Shown here: in pieces, positions 49,801 to 63,627 of the stretch
Position numbering within the stretch: position 1 is the stretch's first letter
Layout: every line of letters starts with the position of its first letter
Assembly (NCBI RefSeq): GCF_018977255.1
Contig: NW_024704755.1
Coordinates: 6,882,001-6,946,000 of the forward strand
Reading direction: 5' to 3'
Origin: Callorhinchus milii
Taxonomy: Eukaryota
Length of the DNA stretch: 64,000 nt
Notes under the pieces: model-generated
Database searches by the model: none
Told to the model about the DNA's origin: nothing
The model's input: the letters and a program-made list of their open reading frames with translations, nothing else
Translations under genes and position numbers: made by a program

Positions 49801-51016
49801 TGAGCCCTCCACCTCCACTCCACCTCCACTCCCTACTCCCTCTCCACTCACTCACTCACTCACTCACTCACTCACTCACTCACTCACTCACTCACTCACT
49901 CACTCACTCACTCACTCCTCTCCACACACTCACTCNNNNNNNNNNNNNNNNNNNNNNNNNNNNNNNNNNNNNNNNNNNNNNNNNNNNNNNNNNNNNNNNN
50001 NNNNNNNNNNNNNNNNNNNNNNNNNNNNNNNNNNNNNNNNNNNNNNNNNNNNNNNNNNNNNNNNNNNNNNNTCNNNNNNNNNNNNNNNNNNNNNNNNNNN
50101 NNNNNNNNNNNNNNNNNNNNNNNNNNNNNNNNNNNNNNNNNNNNNNNNNNNNNNNNNNNNNNNNNNNNNNNNNNNNNNNNNNNNNNNNNNNNNNNNNNNN
50201 NNNNNNNNNNNNNNNNNNNNNNNNNNNNNNNNNNNNNNNNNNNNNNNNNNNNNNNNNNNNNNNNNNNNNNNNNNNNNNNNNNNNNNNNNNNNNNNNNNNN
50301 NNNNNNNNNNNNNNNNNNNNNNNNNNNNNNNNNNNNNNNNNNNNNNNNNNNNNNNNNNNNNNNNNNNNNNNNNNNNNNNNNNNNNNNNNNNNNNNNNNNN
50401 NNNNNNNNNNNNNNNNNNNNNNNNNNNNNNNNNNNNNNNNNNNNNNNNNNNNNNNNNNNNNNNNNNNNNNNNNNNNNNNNNNNNNNNNNNNNNNNNNNNN
50501 NNNNNNNNNNNNNNNNNNNNNNNNNNNNNNNNNNNNNNNNNNNNNNNNNNNNNNNNNNNNNNNNNNNNNNNNNNCAATAACACTGATACCCTATCAATAA
50601 AACCAATACTGTCTCAACAACACTGATACTGTATCAATGAAACGGATACTATACCATTAAAACTGACACTGTATAAAAACGGATACTTTATCAATAAAAC
50701 CGACACCGCCGTATCAATAAAGCTGTTACTGCATCAAAACATTGATAACTGTATCCACTTGCGTGACACACAACATCCATCCTTCTCTCAACAGAGATGT
50801 TCCGACCCCAACCCGGATATTCCCTTCCTAATTAATAAAAAAAATCATTCATTGATCCAGACTTTCCGTTACAGTGGGTTTATCCGTGGTTTCCTTTCTA
50901 ACCTTGGCTTTCATCTTAACAACTGTTTTGTGTTAGTTTTAAAAGCCAAGGAACAATGTCACTTGGATTATCGAGGCATTGCGTCTGTTCGATTGCCCTA
51001 TTAATCTGAGTTACCC

Positions 51017-51047
<31 letters not shown>

Positions 51048-54000
51048 TAAACCCCAAAGGTACCAAGTGTCTGAGCTCCCAGGTTGAGGGTGTTTGGTGA
51101 GTGTGAGGAGCCTGGGTGCAAGGCACTGAGGGCAATGCGATGCTCTCGCTATTCTGCTTTCAGCCGCACGTGTGTCAGCTTCTCTGAGTGTGCAAATTCT
51201 CCCAGTAAAATACCCCCTCAAGTGTTTAGAGAGACCGGCTTAACTGGTTGCCGTGATGGCATCTCCGGAAAATCATGGGAAAACTTACTCTGACTTTTTG
51301 GGGCGCGTAATTAACAACGGTAAACAGTCGGCCGAAGAGTGAGCGAAATCTTTGCGATGATTTTCCAAAGATTGCCTGTCTGTCTGAACTGTCATTTGTG
51401 ATTGCCATACTGTAAGTAACGTTCAAATGGTTTGCCAATAGTATTGATAGGAGTTTTATAGAGAGCGAATCGATGTTTCATTCAGGCTCTGGGAGAAGTT
51501 ATTGGTGCTCGAGAGGATGTTCTTGGATCTTAGCTCTTTTTAATCACCTTCTATTTCAAAACTGACCATCTTCCTTCCCCAGTCTCCCATCTTCAGTTCT
51601 TAAGCTTCTATCATTCACTTTCTCCGATTGTTTGTCTGTGTGTATGTGTGGGAGGTGGGTGGGGGGGTGGGGGTGGGGAGAGAGAGAGACAGGCTTATTT
51701 AATTTATACATAATTCCTACATGTATTAGACTACAATCCACTCAATCCACGACTGTTTGTAGGACAGTGCTGTGCGCAACTGCCAGTTCAACGAGTGCTT
51801 TATTCAACAATAACGATCCTTGCAGTTGATATAGTACCTTATCACGTTGTGGAGACGTCTCAAAGCGCTTCAGAGAATATATCGCATAGTGGCTGTGTAT
51901 TTTGTGGGTGAAACGTGGCAGCCAGTTGCGCACAACAGTGTCCTACAAACAGACGTGGATTGAGTGACAATTTTTTTTGGAGGGGAGGTTTTACTATCCA
52001 TTGGAAAATGATCCGCCAATTGACTAATAACCGGGTTCCTACTTACTATTGGGTAAACAGAGATGTGTGGAGTATGGAAACTTGCCTAAGGTTTCATCCT
52101 GCCTGAGAATCAAACCCAGTCCTCTCGCTTGCGAGGCGAATGCTCTAACCACTAAACCACAGTTAATTCTGCCCCAAGAGGTCAATCCACCCTCTTCTTG
52201 CTGTCACCTGCGACAACTAGTACTGCCAGACCAGTGGGGGTGGGGTGTGAGTGGGAGGGGGCAAACACTTTGGAGATGTGCTGCCCAGATCTCAGCCCAC
52301 CTTCTGAAATAACTCGGGGGCACTTTGTAAAGCTAGACGGTGTTTGTCACTCTCACGTATGAGTCACTTACTAGTTAATCTCGAGTTAGTGAAGCTTGAT
52401 AAAGCTTAGCAATTCTTCTGAACTAAGCATCTCACAACCCCTGTCCTATAGGACTTTGTAAAACGGATAAAATAAAAAGTAAATCGAATAATTCACAGGA
52501 GTCTGCTTCACTCCTTATAAGATGATATTCAACAGTGTTGTCAAATTTTGTGTTCTAGTTATTTTGTGTATTTGGTGAGGTTACCAAACTACAGTGTCTC
52601 CTGTTCTAAAATTTAAAAACAAATGGCAAAAATAAATAGCTACTATGCAATATAATGACTTCTCTGCCAGACAGAAAGGTGACGGTATGTGGCTCCCATT
52701 ATTAAATATAATATTGAATTGTTCAGCTGCGAATATCAATCTCCGCAAAGTTGAATGATGCCTTAGAATTCCCTCAAGTTTTTGCCAATATCCATTGAGC
52801 AAAAGTGTATAATGTGAATCATCATTCGGTGCCAGAACAAATTAAAGCAGAGTCTTGTCAGACTCACTATAATTTTCAGATTAAAACTACAGTATAACAG
52901 GAGAGGGGAGGGGACGGGCACTGTCTCCAAGGATCTGCTTTCATTGATTCCTGAAGGGGCGTCCTATCACTAGAGCTGGTCAATTTTGCTTGTTTTAAAG
53001 GGCGATGCAGCAAGTAGACTTGGGCAATCAATAAAGATTCTGTTCATGTTTGCAGCTGCCATGCAGTAAATCTGCACCAACATAGCAGCTTGTGGCAGAA
53101 AATATTGCTCTTTCTATAGAGGTGCCACATCAGGTGCCAGTTTGTGTTTTATACAGAGAGAAGTCATCTCTCTCAGAAACACACAGCTTCTAGTCTTGAA
53201 AAGGTTATTGCATTTTAAAATCCAAAAAGATGGAGATTTATGATGTGATCTTTAATACCAGCGTTCTTTAGGAGAACAGATATAATTGGCATTTGAGTGG
53301 GCATAAAATCAGAAAATTGTTATTTCTGCAGGTATCATTGAGTAGCTTAAGTATAGGAGTAGAGGAATGTGCAGGAAGAACTACAGAGGCATTAGAGAGA
53401 GAGAAAAATAAGGGATTTAATTCAAATTACAAATAGTAAGTTTCATTGATTTCTTTCACACACTACTTGTCTGTTCGTTTCTGTTCCATATATTTGTGCT
53501 AATAGTAAACATTATTCCAACACCAGAGCAGTAAAATATACACTTGCATATTATTCACGTTGGCTTGGACTGTGATTTAATTATTTCAAATACTATACAA
53601 CAGGCCATTGAATTGTCACATACTCAATTTCCGTTTCCAGCTCTGTGACATTTTGAGGCTGTTAAAAGTGCTGGCCTGTGGTTATAGATGTGTCAGTGCA
53701 TACACATTATTACCGTCTGACGCTATTTATGTTGCGTGCAAATTAGCTGCCACGATGGCTGCCAAAAATACTGTGAAGGGCTTTGAGATGTTCTCTCGAC
53801 GTGAATTAAAAGTAAGTATTATTATGTTGATAATGTCTCCATGTTCAACACGCTATCACATTCCGTTGCTGCACAAATCCTACATTTTGGAGCCTACATA
53901 TCGTGCGAGGAAGACACACAAAATTCATTCATCCAAAGATTAATGTTGTGGCTTGGAGAGTGGCACCTGATTGTTATGTGCCTCCACATTTGTGCTGCCC

Positions 54001-57000
54001 TCTGGAGTTGCAAGCTCCATGCACCATGTGGTTAACTTTGCTTCTGGCACTCTTGTGTAATGCAAGGCTCAGCTCAAGAGTATCTCTAGGTGTATAATTC
54101 AGTCATAATTTAGGACCGCAATATGTTCGAGTAATGCCGCATTTGATGCGCTGTGATTGATTTACAGTATATATCACTTTACAGGTTATTCCGCAAAGTG
54201 CTTTGAAATGTCTCAATAACGTGATAAGGGCTACATCAAATGCAAAGATTATTATTATTATTACTACTGATTGACAGTGAACTCTCATTAGACCATCAGA
54301 TCACCAATTACTGTGAACGTCAGCGCTAAAACAAATACAATTTGAATAAATTCCTTCCAGAGGTTATTATTTAAAACATGCCGCCCAATTTTTGTACGCA
54401 GGGAGGTACGGCAATCTTATACGCAGGCTCTCAACATCATTTAAAATGGGGAATATAATCCCCGTGGACCGTTTCGGAATACAGAGATTAAGAATGCAGT
54501 CATTCTTCAGAACTGGGATGAGCAACTACGATGAATGGGGTTATTCATCTCTGAATTCTAGTTGGAATCAAACTGAGCATATAGTAAGCCTGTTTAGTTT
54601 AGAATGTAGGAAATCTTGCTGGGGACTCATTTGCGTAATCAGTGCTAAAAACAGAATCAAGCGAATGACTTCATTTACATTCTTGTGTTTGTAATTTGCC
54701 TTTTGTATGAAGGGCTGCAGTAATTCTTTTCTAGTGTGACCGATTTGTCTGTTGTGTATTTTGTTTGCACAAGGGGGTAGAGAAGGATTCATCACATTCT
54801 CTTTGAAGTCTTCAAAACACTGAACTACACGCAGGAAGCAGCTCGAGTTTGTACTTTTTTTCACATTTGACTTTGAACGGTTTACAATTTGTGCGGACAA
54901 AATTAATAGTTTCCTCAGGGATTCAGCTCCTATTTCTTATTCAGTTAATCCATTAGAACTCCGATTAGAGGACATTTTGGTTTTTCATTATTATTTTATT
55001 TGAGAATGGATTACTGCTTTCTTCAATCGTTCCTCAACAAGTTCTTTTTGGACGGTTTGGGTGGGGGGGGGCAAGTTCTGGACATCAAAGGCACAAACCC
55101 CTCGAAATTTGCAAGAGAACATAAGTTTAGATGTCGATAGTGACACTCATGCAGAGTGCATGTAGGCATATTTTAAAAAAAACAAATGCATGATGAATTG
55201 TTCTGACGAGTCGGTCTACCCTCTAAGATGCAACAAACACAAAACTCACAGCAGTTGATTCTCTCGCTGTCTATGACATTTGCAGAATTCAAGTCCATTC
55301 TTTCTACTTTTAAACACCCCGTATTTAAATGCATTTTTGTCAGGTTGCTTTGCGGTTGTGTAGGATCTCTAGAGTCACTTCAGAAAGAGGCATAGAGTCT
55401 CAAAGGGCTTTGGGAAATGATTATTGGCCTCTGATGAATTTGCCTGAAGAAGATGCTGGTAAAGCAGTAAATACATGGGTCATGAATGATAGATACATCA
55501 TGTTCCCACTCACAGGGTCACCCCTCCTGTTTGCAAAACATGATTGCATTCCGAGAGAGTGATCCACCACTGTAAGCAAAGCAGATGACACTTGACTTGC
55601 TCAATTAATACCATGTATAATGTTCAGCCCTGCAATTGGGAGGGGTGGGGTGAGGGATGAAAAATTGCAGCAACAAAGACTTGGGAGTTGTTCCTCATCG
55701 CTACAGGCAAGGCTGTGCTCAGTACCTCATCCCATTCTAAATCAACCCTTAATTCCTGACAGGAATCAAGAAGTGTTTGCTCTGACATCTGATATCCCTG
55801 GGTTCATTGATTATTTTGTAAGGTCAAGAACATATAATCAATTTGTGATGAAAAACGTATGTCAGAGTATAGCGATTGCCTGCAGTCTCTTCCTATTGCC
55901 CTTCCTCTGCATCTCTTCACAGCAATGCCTTGCTTTCTTTGCTGTTTAGTTCTGTAGCAGTCTGCTAGGTTTTGCACACTCAAAACAGTTCAAACAGCTC
56001 TTATCAGTAAAGGTTTTATGATAGCAAATTCTGTTACGATAGCACTGACACTGACTTCTGTTTTTTGCAAGTGCAATGAGCATATTGAAAGTTGTTGCTG
56101 TACATTGAGCTAGCCATATTTTTGAAACATTATTAAAGCAATTTCTATGGAAGATTTTATAACATTGCTCAACATTACGGGCGTGAGATGTCATGCCTCT
56201 GAACTGATGATCCCATTCAAATGACTTTGCTCATTACTGCTCCACAAGAGTTGACTTAATCCAATAAGCACTCTTCCTGCTTTCATTCAGTCAGTTAGTG
56301 TACCTGCAGAGCCTTAGTAGGACCCAACATTCTTTGAATATAGAGAGGTAGTGACCTATTTTCTAAGGGCATCCAATTTCCCTCCCCAACACTTCCCCAG
56401 GTTCAAAGGATTTTGAGGCTTTTAAGACATTGGAAATTTCTATGGAAACTTTATGTGTGGCTACCGTTGTGTTATACAATTTAGCTAATTAAATCTCTTT
56501 TTTTTAGTTAGCTTCTTTTCTATGATTTTTCCTTGAGTGCAGAGTTGAAGAAAAACGGAAGCTTTTCACCATAGTTACAGCAGGTACTTCACAGGAATTC
56601 AGAATGCATGTGTAGCATTTTTACTGTTGTGTGACCATGGATGTGAGAAAGAAAAGTGCCAGTAAGATGGCCCACAGGAAATCCAGCAATGTTTGTCTCT
56701 CTGGAATCAATCACCTTTATCACATCTTGCTTTGCGTTGTTTGCATTTGTGGTTTCAGGCAAATCAGTAAGATGAATGAATAGCAATCTTGAATGTATCA
56801 CGACAACCCACTGGGATGCAATCCTGGCAATTGCTTATAACAGCACAAAATAGCGGAATGATTCCACCACATGACTTACTAATTATATTTTTTTCTGCAC
56901 TTACGTAACTTGTAAGTAAACGTTTTATGACAGTGAAATTCTGTTATGATAGCACTGACACTGACTTCTGCTTTTTGACTAATTTCTTAAAATTAATTTC

Positions 57001-60000
57001 CTGTGCATGTTACAACCACAGCAACAAGAACCTGGATGTATATGGAATGCCTTTCACATATAATAATATCTTGAAGCTCCACACAGAGATAAGACAGAGA
57101 CCTGAGCAAGGTGGGAAATGGGAAGAGGGTAGCTGAGAGTTGAGCAAAGGTTAAGTGAAGAGGTACTTATTTTAGAAGGTTAAGTTGAACAGGTATATTT
57201 TGAAAGCAGAGAGGAACAGCGCAAGGTAGAGGTATTTTGTGAGAGAATTCTGGACAGTGGAGTCTGGAATGGCTGAAAGGAGGGGAACAAATCACAGATG
57301 TCCAAAGCAATTCCACCCAAGTAGCACACTGACTAAATACATTTGTGTCATGCTTCAGCAGATGTGATGTTGAAAGTGTATAATTGCACAGTATAAAAAG
57401 TACACAAAGACAATTATGACAGTTTAATGTTGGGATTACCTCAGAGTACCACAGTAAAGGCATCAAGCTTCCTCTTCTGATGGGAGGATTTGTGCATCAA
57501 TTCTTGTGTATACTTAGCAGATGCAATGCAGGAATTAACAGGAGGAGGATTTCAAAGGTTATGTTTCACAGATTGTCAGATTTACTTCACAAGCAATTTC
57601 ATTAGTTCATCGTACAGTATTACACAGATACTGCTGGACACATTCACTGCCGCCCACGGTTAGAAACATTAAATCATGGCAATAATGGGCTTAGTTCATA
57701 TTCCAACGCATAAACTCTTAAATATGGACTGTGGATTACTTTAATCCCTTCTAATTCTGAATGCCTACAGATTTCAGAGGTCAGGAAATGAATAGCAAAG
57801 ACAGTGAATTGTGGCTCAGAGGTGTTTTGTAATTACTTGCTGAATTTATTGCAAATTTAACCAAGAAACGTAGATGAAGTTTTGTTCCCATTGATGGCTG
57901 TAGAAGGTGGCTGAAAAGATCTGGTAGAGCTAAGGCAGCCCACAGTAGATGTGAATCCACAACTCTCTGAGCATCTTAGTTAGCTGTGCTACCTTTGAGA
58001 GGTCTGTGATCTGTCACCTGTTAGATTGATGGGCTACTGCAAAAAGATGCCTGTGTTTCCTCGGATCTCCATCGTAGCACGCAAGAATTCTTCAGGATAG
58101 AATGGAATGTTAGCAATATGGAACAGATTAGTTAGTGGTTACGATGGTGATATACAGCAGTTTGGAAATTGTTCGCACTGTATTAATCACTTAAACACTT
58201 TAAACACGGCTCACATTGTTGTCGTCTTGTATTCCATTTATTCTGTGCGTTAATGGGTTCGAGGGAGTTTCAAACCCCTATTGTTTTCAAGCTCAGCAAA
58301 AGCACCTCAAGATTCATGTAAGATAGACTCAGACTTGTACCATTATTGTGGCTGATTAACAGATAGAGGAAGAAATGTCAACAGTAGGAAATATCGAAAA
58401 ACCCAGTAGCAGTAACAGCTCGATTAGAGAGGGCTGTCATATCTAAAGCTTTCTGCTCATCCCTAATTGAAGTTAGTTTGGCTTTATCCATTGAAAAGAG
58501 AGTATTTTTCTCAAGTGGAGTTACATTTTACACATGGCTGATATACAAAGTAAGTGTCAACAGAGCTATCTTTAGCGTATTGAGTGCTTTGAGCATTTGT
58601 GTGTGCAGTGCGCTAGACAGCTGTCAAGTTCAGTTAAAATATCTGGCCATCTCCTCTAAGATTGCAAAGCTGACTTGGTAAAACTTACAAGTGTTAACCT
58701 GTTGATGCACTCATCTCACACACAGCAGCAACGCGATGCTGCATTGTGTGTTAGAGATGAAGCATTGAATATAGATGTTATAGATGCAATGGATGTTTTA
58801 GATATTATTGTGCTTTGCAAGTTTAACCTATTAGAAACAAAGCATAAAAAATGCGACACCACTGATAGTAAAAGGAAAAGGTCGCTATTGATGACAATGG
58901 TAAAGTGCTAGACTGTTTCCTCTCCTTCACCAATATAAAACCTTTTGCAATGGAGAGTAAATATTGGGAAAAAATAGAGTATAACTTTGCACGTCTCCAG
59001 CCTAAACTTAGTATGAAAAATATCAGTCAAGTCCAATATAATTGTTTAGTGCTCAAAATCCTGTGTGAGTTTCAGCTTAAACCGTGAATGTAAACTCTTG
59101 AATGTGTTTACATGAGTCAGCTCACCATGCAACAGTTTGCTTTGTCTTACAATATGTATTGGGGTCTAATTTGTGGCGTGTCTTAGAATTCCTGCCAACC
59201 TGCTCCCCCCAGAAAGAGAAGCTGTAGAAGCTGACATCCTGTGGATAGACACAAGGGAAGGAATTGTAATTTGTCCCACTCAGATTCTTAATTGAGGAAC
59301 CTCATTAAAAATATCCTGTAAGCGCTACAACTGAACAATTTTCTAATAATTATTTTGAAGTAGTGATTGAATCTCAGTCAGAAAGTCATATTGATTCACA
59401 GGCCACTTCCTCTCTATGTTCTGATACCCTTATCTTTTTTTATTGCTCATTGTCATGTATGTATGTTTCTCTTATTTCAGGACATGACTGGTATCTATTA
59501 CACATTGAAGTGGTGGTTACTGACATCAATGACAATGCTCCTGAATGGGTTATGCACCCTTTCCCCTTCCTGGCTGTGGTATCTCCTGACGCTCCCCGAG
59601 GGAGCTTTGTCTACAAGCTCCTCGCTCAGGACAAAGATGAGGGTATCAATGGGGAAGTGGAATATTTCTTTGTGGAAGGTATGAATGCAACTCACTGTCA
59701 GGGTACAACACTGCTAATGTAGAGTGTGACATTTCAGGGGGGAGGCTTGAAATTTATGTTATGGGTGATCAACTGGATATTTTACTATAATTTCTTGGGA
59801 ACATTTGTGGGCTTGTCTTTTACAATTGCCAATTGCAAACTAACAACTGACTGTCACACCTAAGCTTAAGACAAGAGAGTTTCAGCATCGGGGAAAACAG
59901 CTTAAAAGAGCTCCTCTATCGAGGTTAAAACTAAGGTGGGGACAATGTGTTTCCCTCCACTGTTTTACGGTGGATACAGTGCTAAGGTGTGATTCTGTAA

Positions 60001-63000
60001 TTTTGCAAAGCACCCTTTGTTGGTTTATTCAAACAGATGGAGATGGACGTTTTGAAGTAGACAGGAAGACCGGTTCCATTCGAACCACAAGCCTGCCCCT
60101 GATGAAGGATGATGAATACTTGTTGACGGTCGTGGCTTCAGACAAACTTGGCCTCAAAAGCGCTCCTGCTGTTGTGTCTGTCACTGCTGGGCCCCGAGCT
60201 CCGCAGTTTGCAAACCTATCGTACCATGTAGAAATTGCTGAGGACACTGGAGTGGCCGAACCGTAAGTAGAGATTCAATCTTAAGAGGCTGGTAAAGTTA
60301 AGCTTGGAGCGATGTGGAAGGAACTGCTGGTGCAATGATATTTGTAGGCTCAATGCCAGGAACTGCTGCAATGTGGTCTTGACTGATGATTCCCTCCCTC
60401 CACTCCCCCACACACCCCCAGGGAGCTAATAAACCATCAAAAGGTCAGATTTTTGCTCAAATACAATAGAATATTCAGAGAGAACTCCTCATAACTGCCT
60501 CCGTTGGTGCTTGTGGTGGCTTGTTGCATTCTGTTGCGGATGTGTTTCATATCATGTGGTTAGTGTGAAGAAGCACTAGGCTACTGACAGCATTGAACTA
60601 CCTCCACTTGTGCTCTCCTGGTGCAATGTGAAGCCACACCAGACCATTCAGACTATAGTGCCTACTTTAAAAATAGTACAAAGAACAGTTATTGTCAAAT
60701 CATTCTGAACATATGTTATGTTATCAGATGGGGGAGCATGCTTTGTCTTCTGGTAAAGATGCAGTTCAGTAAGGTGACTGCTGAGGCAATGCAGAACTCC
60801 ATGTTATTGTTTTCACTGTTCCCAGGTTCCTGACAGTCTCAGCCAAATCCTTCCAGAAGATGCCTGTTCGCTACAGTCTGCTAATTAATCCCAGCAGTCT
60901 TTTCAGCATCAAGAAGGAGACGGGAGCGATAAGCCTGACCAGGTCTATTGACTATGAGAGTGATCAGCATCGGTACCTGCTCTTGGTAACAGCAACAGAG
61001 GAGGAGAATCTGAGCAGCGCTGCCGAGGTATAGAGCACATCTGTTTATTCTTTTCAGACCCTAGCCTCCCCTCAAGACCTGTTGCTTCTGTACGGTACAC
61101 ACTCCCCATCGGTGAGAACGTTTGTCCTTATCTGTCAGCAGGTTTTGCATTAGGCCTCAAAACCCCTGAAGTGCGGACAATTCAGGAATGATTTTATGGC
61201 TTTCCAGGAGTTGCCAGGCTGTCACTTTCTACACTTCATTTCACTTCTGTTCCTGCCTGCCGTTTCAGGTGGATGTTACGGATCCCATGGTACACAAGTA
61301 TTCGAAGATAGGAGTTTCTACCTGTGTCCTGCCAACATACACAAATTAAATTACTCATAATGTCATGGCTGTTTGTGGGACAGTGCTGCACACAGTTTGA
61401 GCCTTATTGCATTTTGAAAACATCTCAAACTGCTTCACAGGATGTTCTGCAAATTGTCGTTACTGTGTACTTGTAGGCCAGTGACAGGAGTTTCCATGAG
61501 TTGACTTGATGCGCTTCCAATTTTCTTGCTAAAGAATTCCATTAGAAATTGCTGTGTGTTAAACCCAATGTATTTAAATGTATTTGCAACACACAAAGCG
61601 TACTGACAAATTACAGAAAAACACGGAACTGAAAAGCGCTTACAGCTTTGTCTTCCTTTACAAAACATAATAATGCAGATTTAAACAGATAATAATCTTT
61701 GCATTTGATAGAGGGTCTCATCATCTTGTTGAGAACGTCTCAAAGCACTTCACAGCATATTTAGTAAATGACTGTGTAATTGTGGGTGAAACGCGGCAGC
61801 AAATTGCGCACAGCAGATTGTACCAAAGTGATTGTTCTGTCTTATCCTCTCAGGTTTTGGTGTTGGTCACAGACGTAAATGACTGCACCCCAGAATTCTT
61901 TCAGTCTATATACAGTAAAGACAACGTGCTGGAAACAGTTACCACGGCAACCTCTCTGCTTCAAGGTAAGTATTTGGAAATTCCTCCTCCACCCCCCCCC
62001 ACCCCCAACCTTTCCAAAGATATTCATCACACAAAAGAGCCATCATTTCATCATTTCTGGAACCAATTATGTAACCTGTGTGGAATTTAAATGCTCACCG
62101 TCATAACACGTTCACATGTACTTTAGGACAACACAGTAGCACTTTGAAATAGAAATATCATGAAGATGCTTCAGTTTGTCTGATCAGAGATCAGTGTTGC
62201 AGAATATGTGGTTTGAACCTCGGTCAAGTCCCATAAAAGCAGGCTGCATGGAGACATTATGACGGAGGCATTCAATTAGGTAAAGCTGCCTTTTTAGTTG
62301 ATAAGTTTTATGCATTATAGTTACCATTTTGTACCATATGAAAAGGGAGATAGTTTTAGTTTCATTCAATGGGTAACAGTGTGGAAATTCTTTACAATGA
62401 AATAGCAATGGTAAATATGCCACGTTTCATAGAAAACAATGGCTAGTTATAGCTGAAGATCAAAAGTGTTATTTATTAGTTATCCAATCTCGATCGGATC
62501 TGGAACTTGTCTCAGCCACAGATGTCTACAGGTAAATATAATGTGCAAAGTTGAAAGGCATTATTTACATAGTAGTGTCATGAGCGACAAAGTTAAAAGC
62601 AAGCAAGACATAAATTGTATCCATGGCTCAAGCCTTCTGTTTATTTGACAAGCTGATTAAACAATTATTTATTTATAATCATAATAATTGAATCAACCCT
62701 TTTGGCAGTCCGGTAACTGAGCCAAGTGGGTCCACAGTACTCCAGGCACTACTGATGACAGACCAGCGAGACTGGGTCCCTGGCTCATCAGTGGGACCTG
62801 GAGGGCAGACCAGTCACTGGACACAGGAGGAATTCTTCTAACATGTCTCCTGTTAACTCTGCAAGCCAAACACCTAATGGGTAGGGTGGTTCTAGCTGGG
62901 GGTCATCGCATGGGGATGCTTGCCAGACAGTGCTCTCAATGGTTAAGCTATGCCGTTTTAGCTGGTTAAAATTACAAAAATTAAAATGATACAAGTTGGA

Positions 63001-63595
63001 TGTTAGAGGTCAGAGCAATTGACTATATTGTGTATCTGACTCTATATTTTCTTGTTCAAATGTTTGACATGTAATTTTCGTGGGTCCCGATTATGTGTAG
63101 AGCAAAGAGAGAAAAGCCACAGGAGTATACTTGAAACCTTTTCAAAAGAACTTGTGAAAAAGTCACCTGCTGACCAGACACTCAAAACGAGAGCACGAAT
63201 TGAAGCTGCGACCATTTTTCTTCTTGTGTTGTGCTGTTGGTTGCTTCACACTGTGAAACATTACGGCACACAGCAGGCTGTGCTAGTGAAGAGTTTCCTG
63301 TGTTGAGATAAGATGAATTTCCTTTCTGCTCTTTTCTGGATCTAGTTTCAGTCAGTGACTGTGACGCAGAGAAGAATGCTGAGATAATGTATTACACCCT
63401 GAGCCCAGATTTCACCATATCTGCACACGGCACCATATTCCCTGCCAGGCATTTGGACTTTGAACGACCAAATCACCTGTATGAATTTGTGATCATGGCT
63501 GTGGACAAAGGGGAACCACCTCGCACAGGGACAGCAACAGTCAGGATTCGGATGTCAAACGTCAACGATGAGGCACCTGAATTTTCCCAAATGGT
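48612..63595 (+). CDS. Neural-cadherin-like long cadherin (type III / cHz-cadherin-like), first six exons; continues beyond the window
   Basis: Exons 48612-49791, 59481-59678, 60037-60262, 60826-61027, 61854-61965, 63346-63595, all in phase. Signal-peptide-like start and repeated cadherin motifs (LDRE, DINDNAP, AQDKD, IDYE, DVNDCTPEF, LDFE, AVDKGEP, NVNDEAPEF). Cadherin call is firm; the subfamily is from recall, not a search. Confidence 0.85.
49844..49935. repeat. (TCAC)n microsatellite running into an assembly gap
   Basis: Seen directly; a shorter (TCAC)n lies at 48373-48395. Confidence 0.9.
49936..50574. other. Assembly gap (N run)
   Basis: ~640 N with an isolated TC at 50072-50073. Confidence 0.99.
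50575..50755. repeat. Degenerate ~20 bp tandem repeat (CAATAAAACTGATACTGTAT)
   Basis: About nine imperfect units directly after the gap. Confidence 0.75.
51805..52162 (-). mobile_element. Diverged full-length SINE in cadherin intron 1
   Basis: Tail CCTTGCAGTTGATATAG, core GGCAGCCAGTTGCGCACAAC, head CTCTCGCTTGCGAGGCGAATGCTCTAACC. Confidence 0.8.
54165..54263 (+). mobile_element. SINE tail fragment
   Basis: CACTTTACAG...AAGTGCTTTGAAATGTC...CAAATGCAAAG(ATT)n. Confidence 0.65.
59481..59678 (+). CDS. Cadherin exon 2
   Basis: cag|GA CAT...GAA G|gtatg; HDWYLLHIEVVVTDINDNAPEW...AQDKDEGINGEVEYFFVE. Confidence 0.92.
60037..60262 (+). CDS. Cadherin exon 3
   Basis: cag|AT GGA...GAA CC|gtaag; GDGRFEVDRKTGSIRT...EYLLTVVASD...PQFANLSYHVEIAEDT. 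Confidence 0.92.
60826..61027 (+). CDS. Cadherin exon 4 (absent from the ORF track)
   Basis: cag|G TTC CTG...GCC GAG|gtata; FLTVSAKSFQKMPVRYSLLINPSSLFSIKKETGAISLTRSIDYESDQHRYLLLVTATEEENLSSAAE. Confidence 0.9.
61688..61816 (-). mobile_element. SINE 3' fragment just upstream of cadherin exon 5
   Basis: AATAATCTTTGCATTTGATA...GAAACGCGGCAGCAAATTGCGCACAGCA. Confidence 0.75.
61854..61965 (+). CDS. Cadherin exon 5
   Basis: cag|GTT TTG...CAA G|gtaag; VLVLVTDVNDCTPEFFQSIYSKDNVLETVTTATSLLQ. Confidence 0.92.
63346..63595 (+). CDS. Cadherin exon 6
   Basis: tag|TT TCA...ATG GT|gtaag; SVSDCDAEKNAEIMYY...LDFERPNHLYEFVIMAVDKGEPPRTGTATVRIRMSNVNDEAPEFSQM. Confidence 0.92.
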
Positions 63596-63627
63596 GTAAG
63601 CATAGACATCTTCAATAATAATAAATA

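Noticed and set aside
48432-49829. 465 aa antisense ORF and other frames over cadherin exon 1
   Set aside because: Shadow ORFs from very high GC; only the + frame from 48612 has cadherin motifs and splices in phase.
49908-50606. ORFs spanning the N run, including the 662 aa extension of the cadherin ORF
   Set aside because: Artefact of translating Ns; the exon ends at the donor after 49791.
50575-50755. CRISPR-like periodic repeats
   Set aside because: Tandem degenerate units with no unique spacers, no cas genes, eukaryotic intron context.
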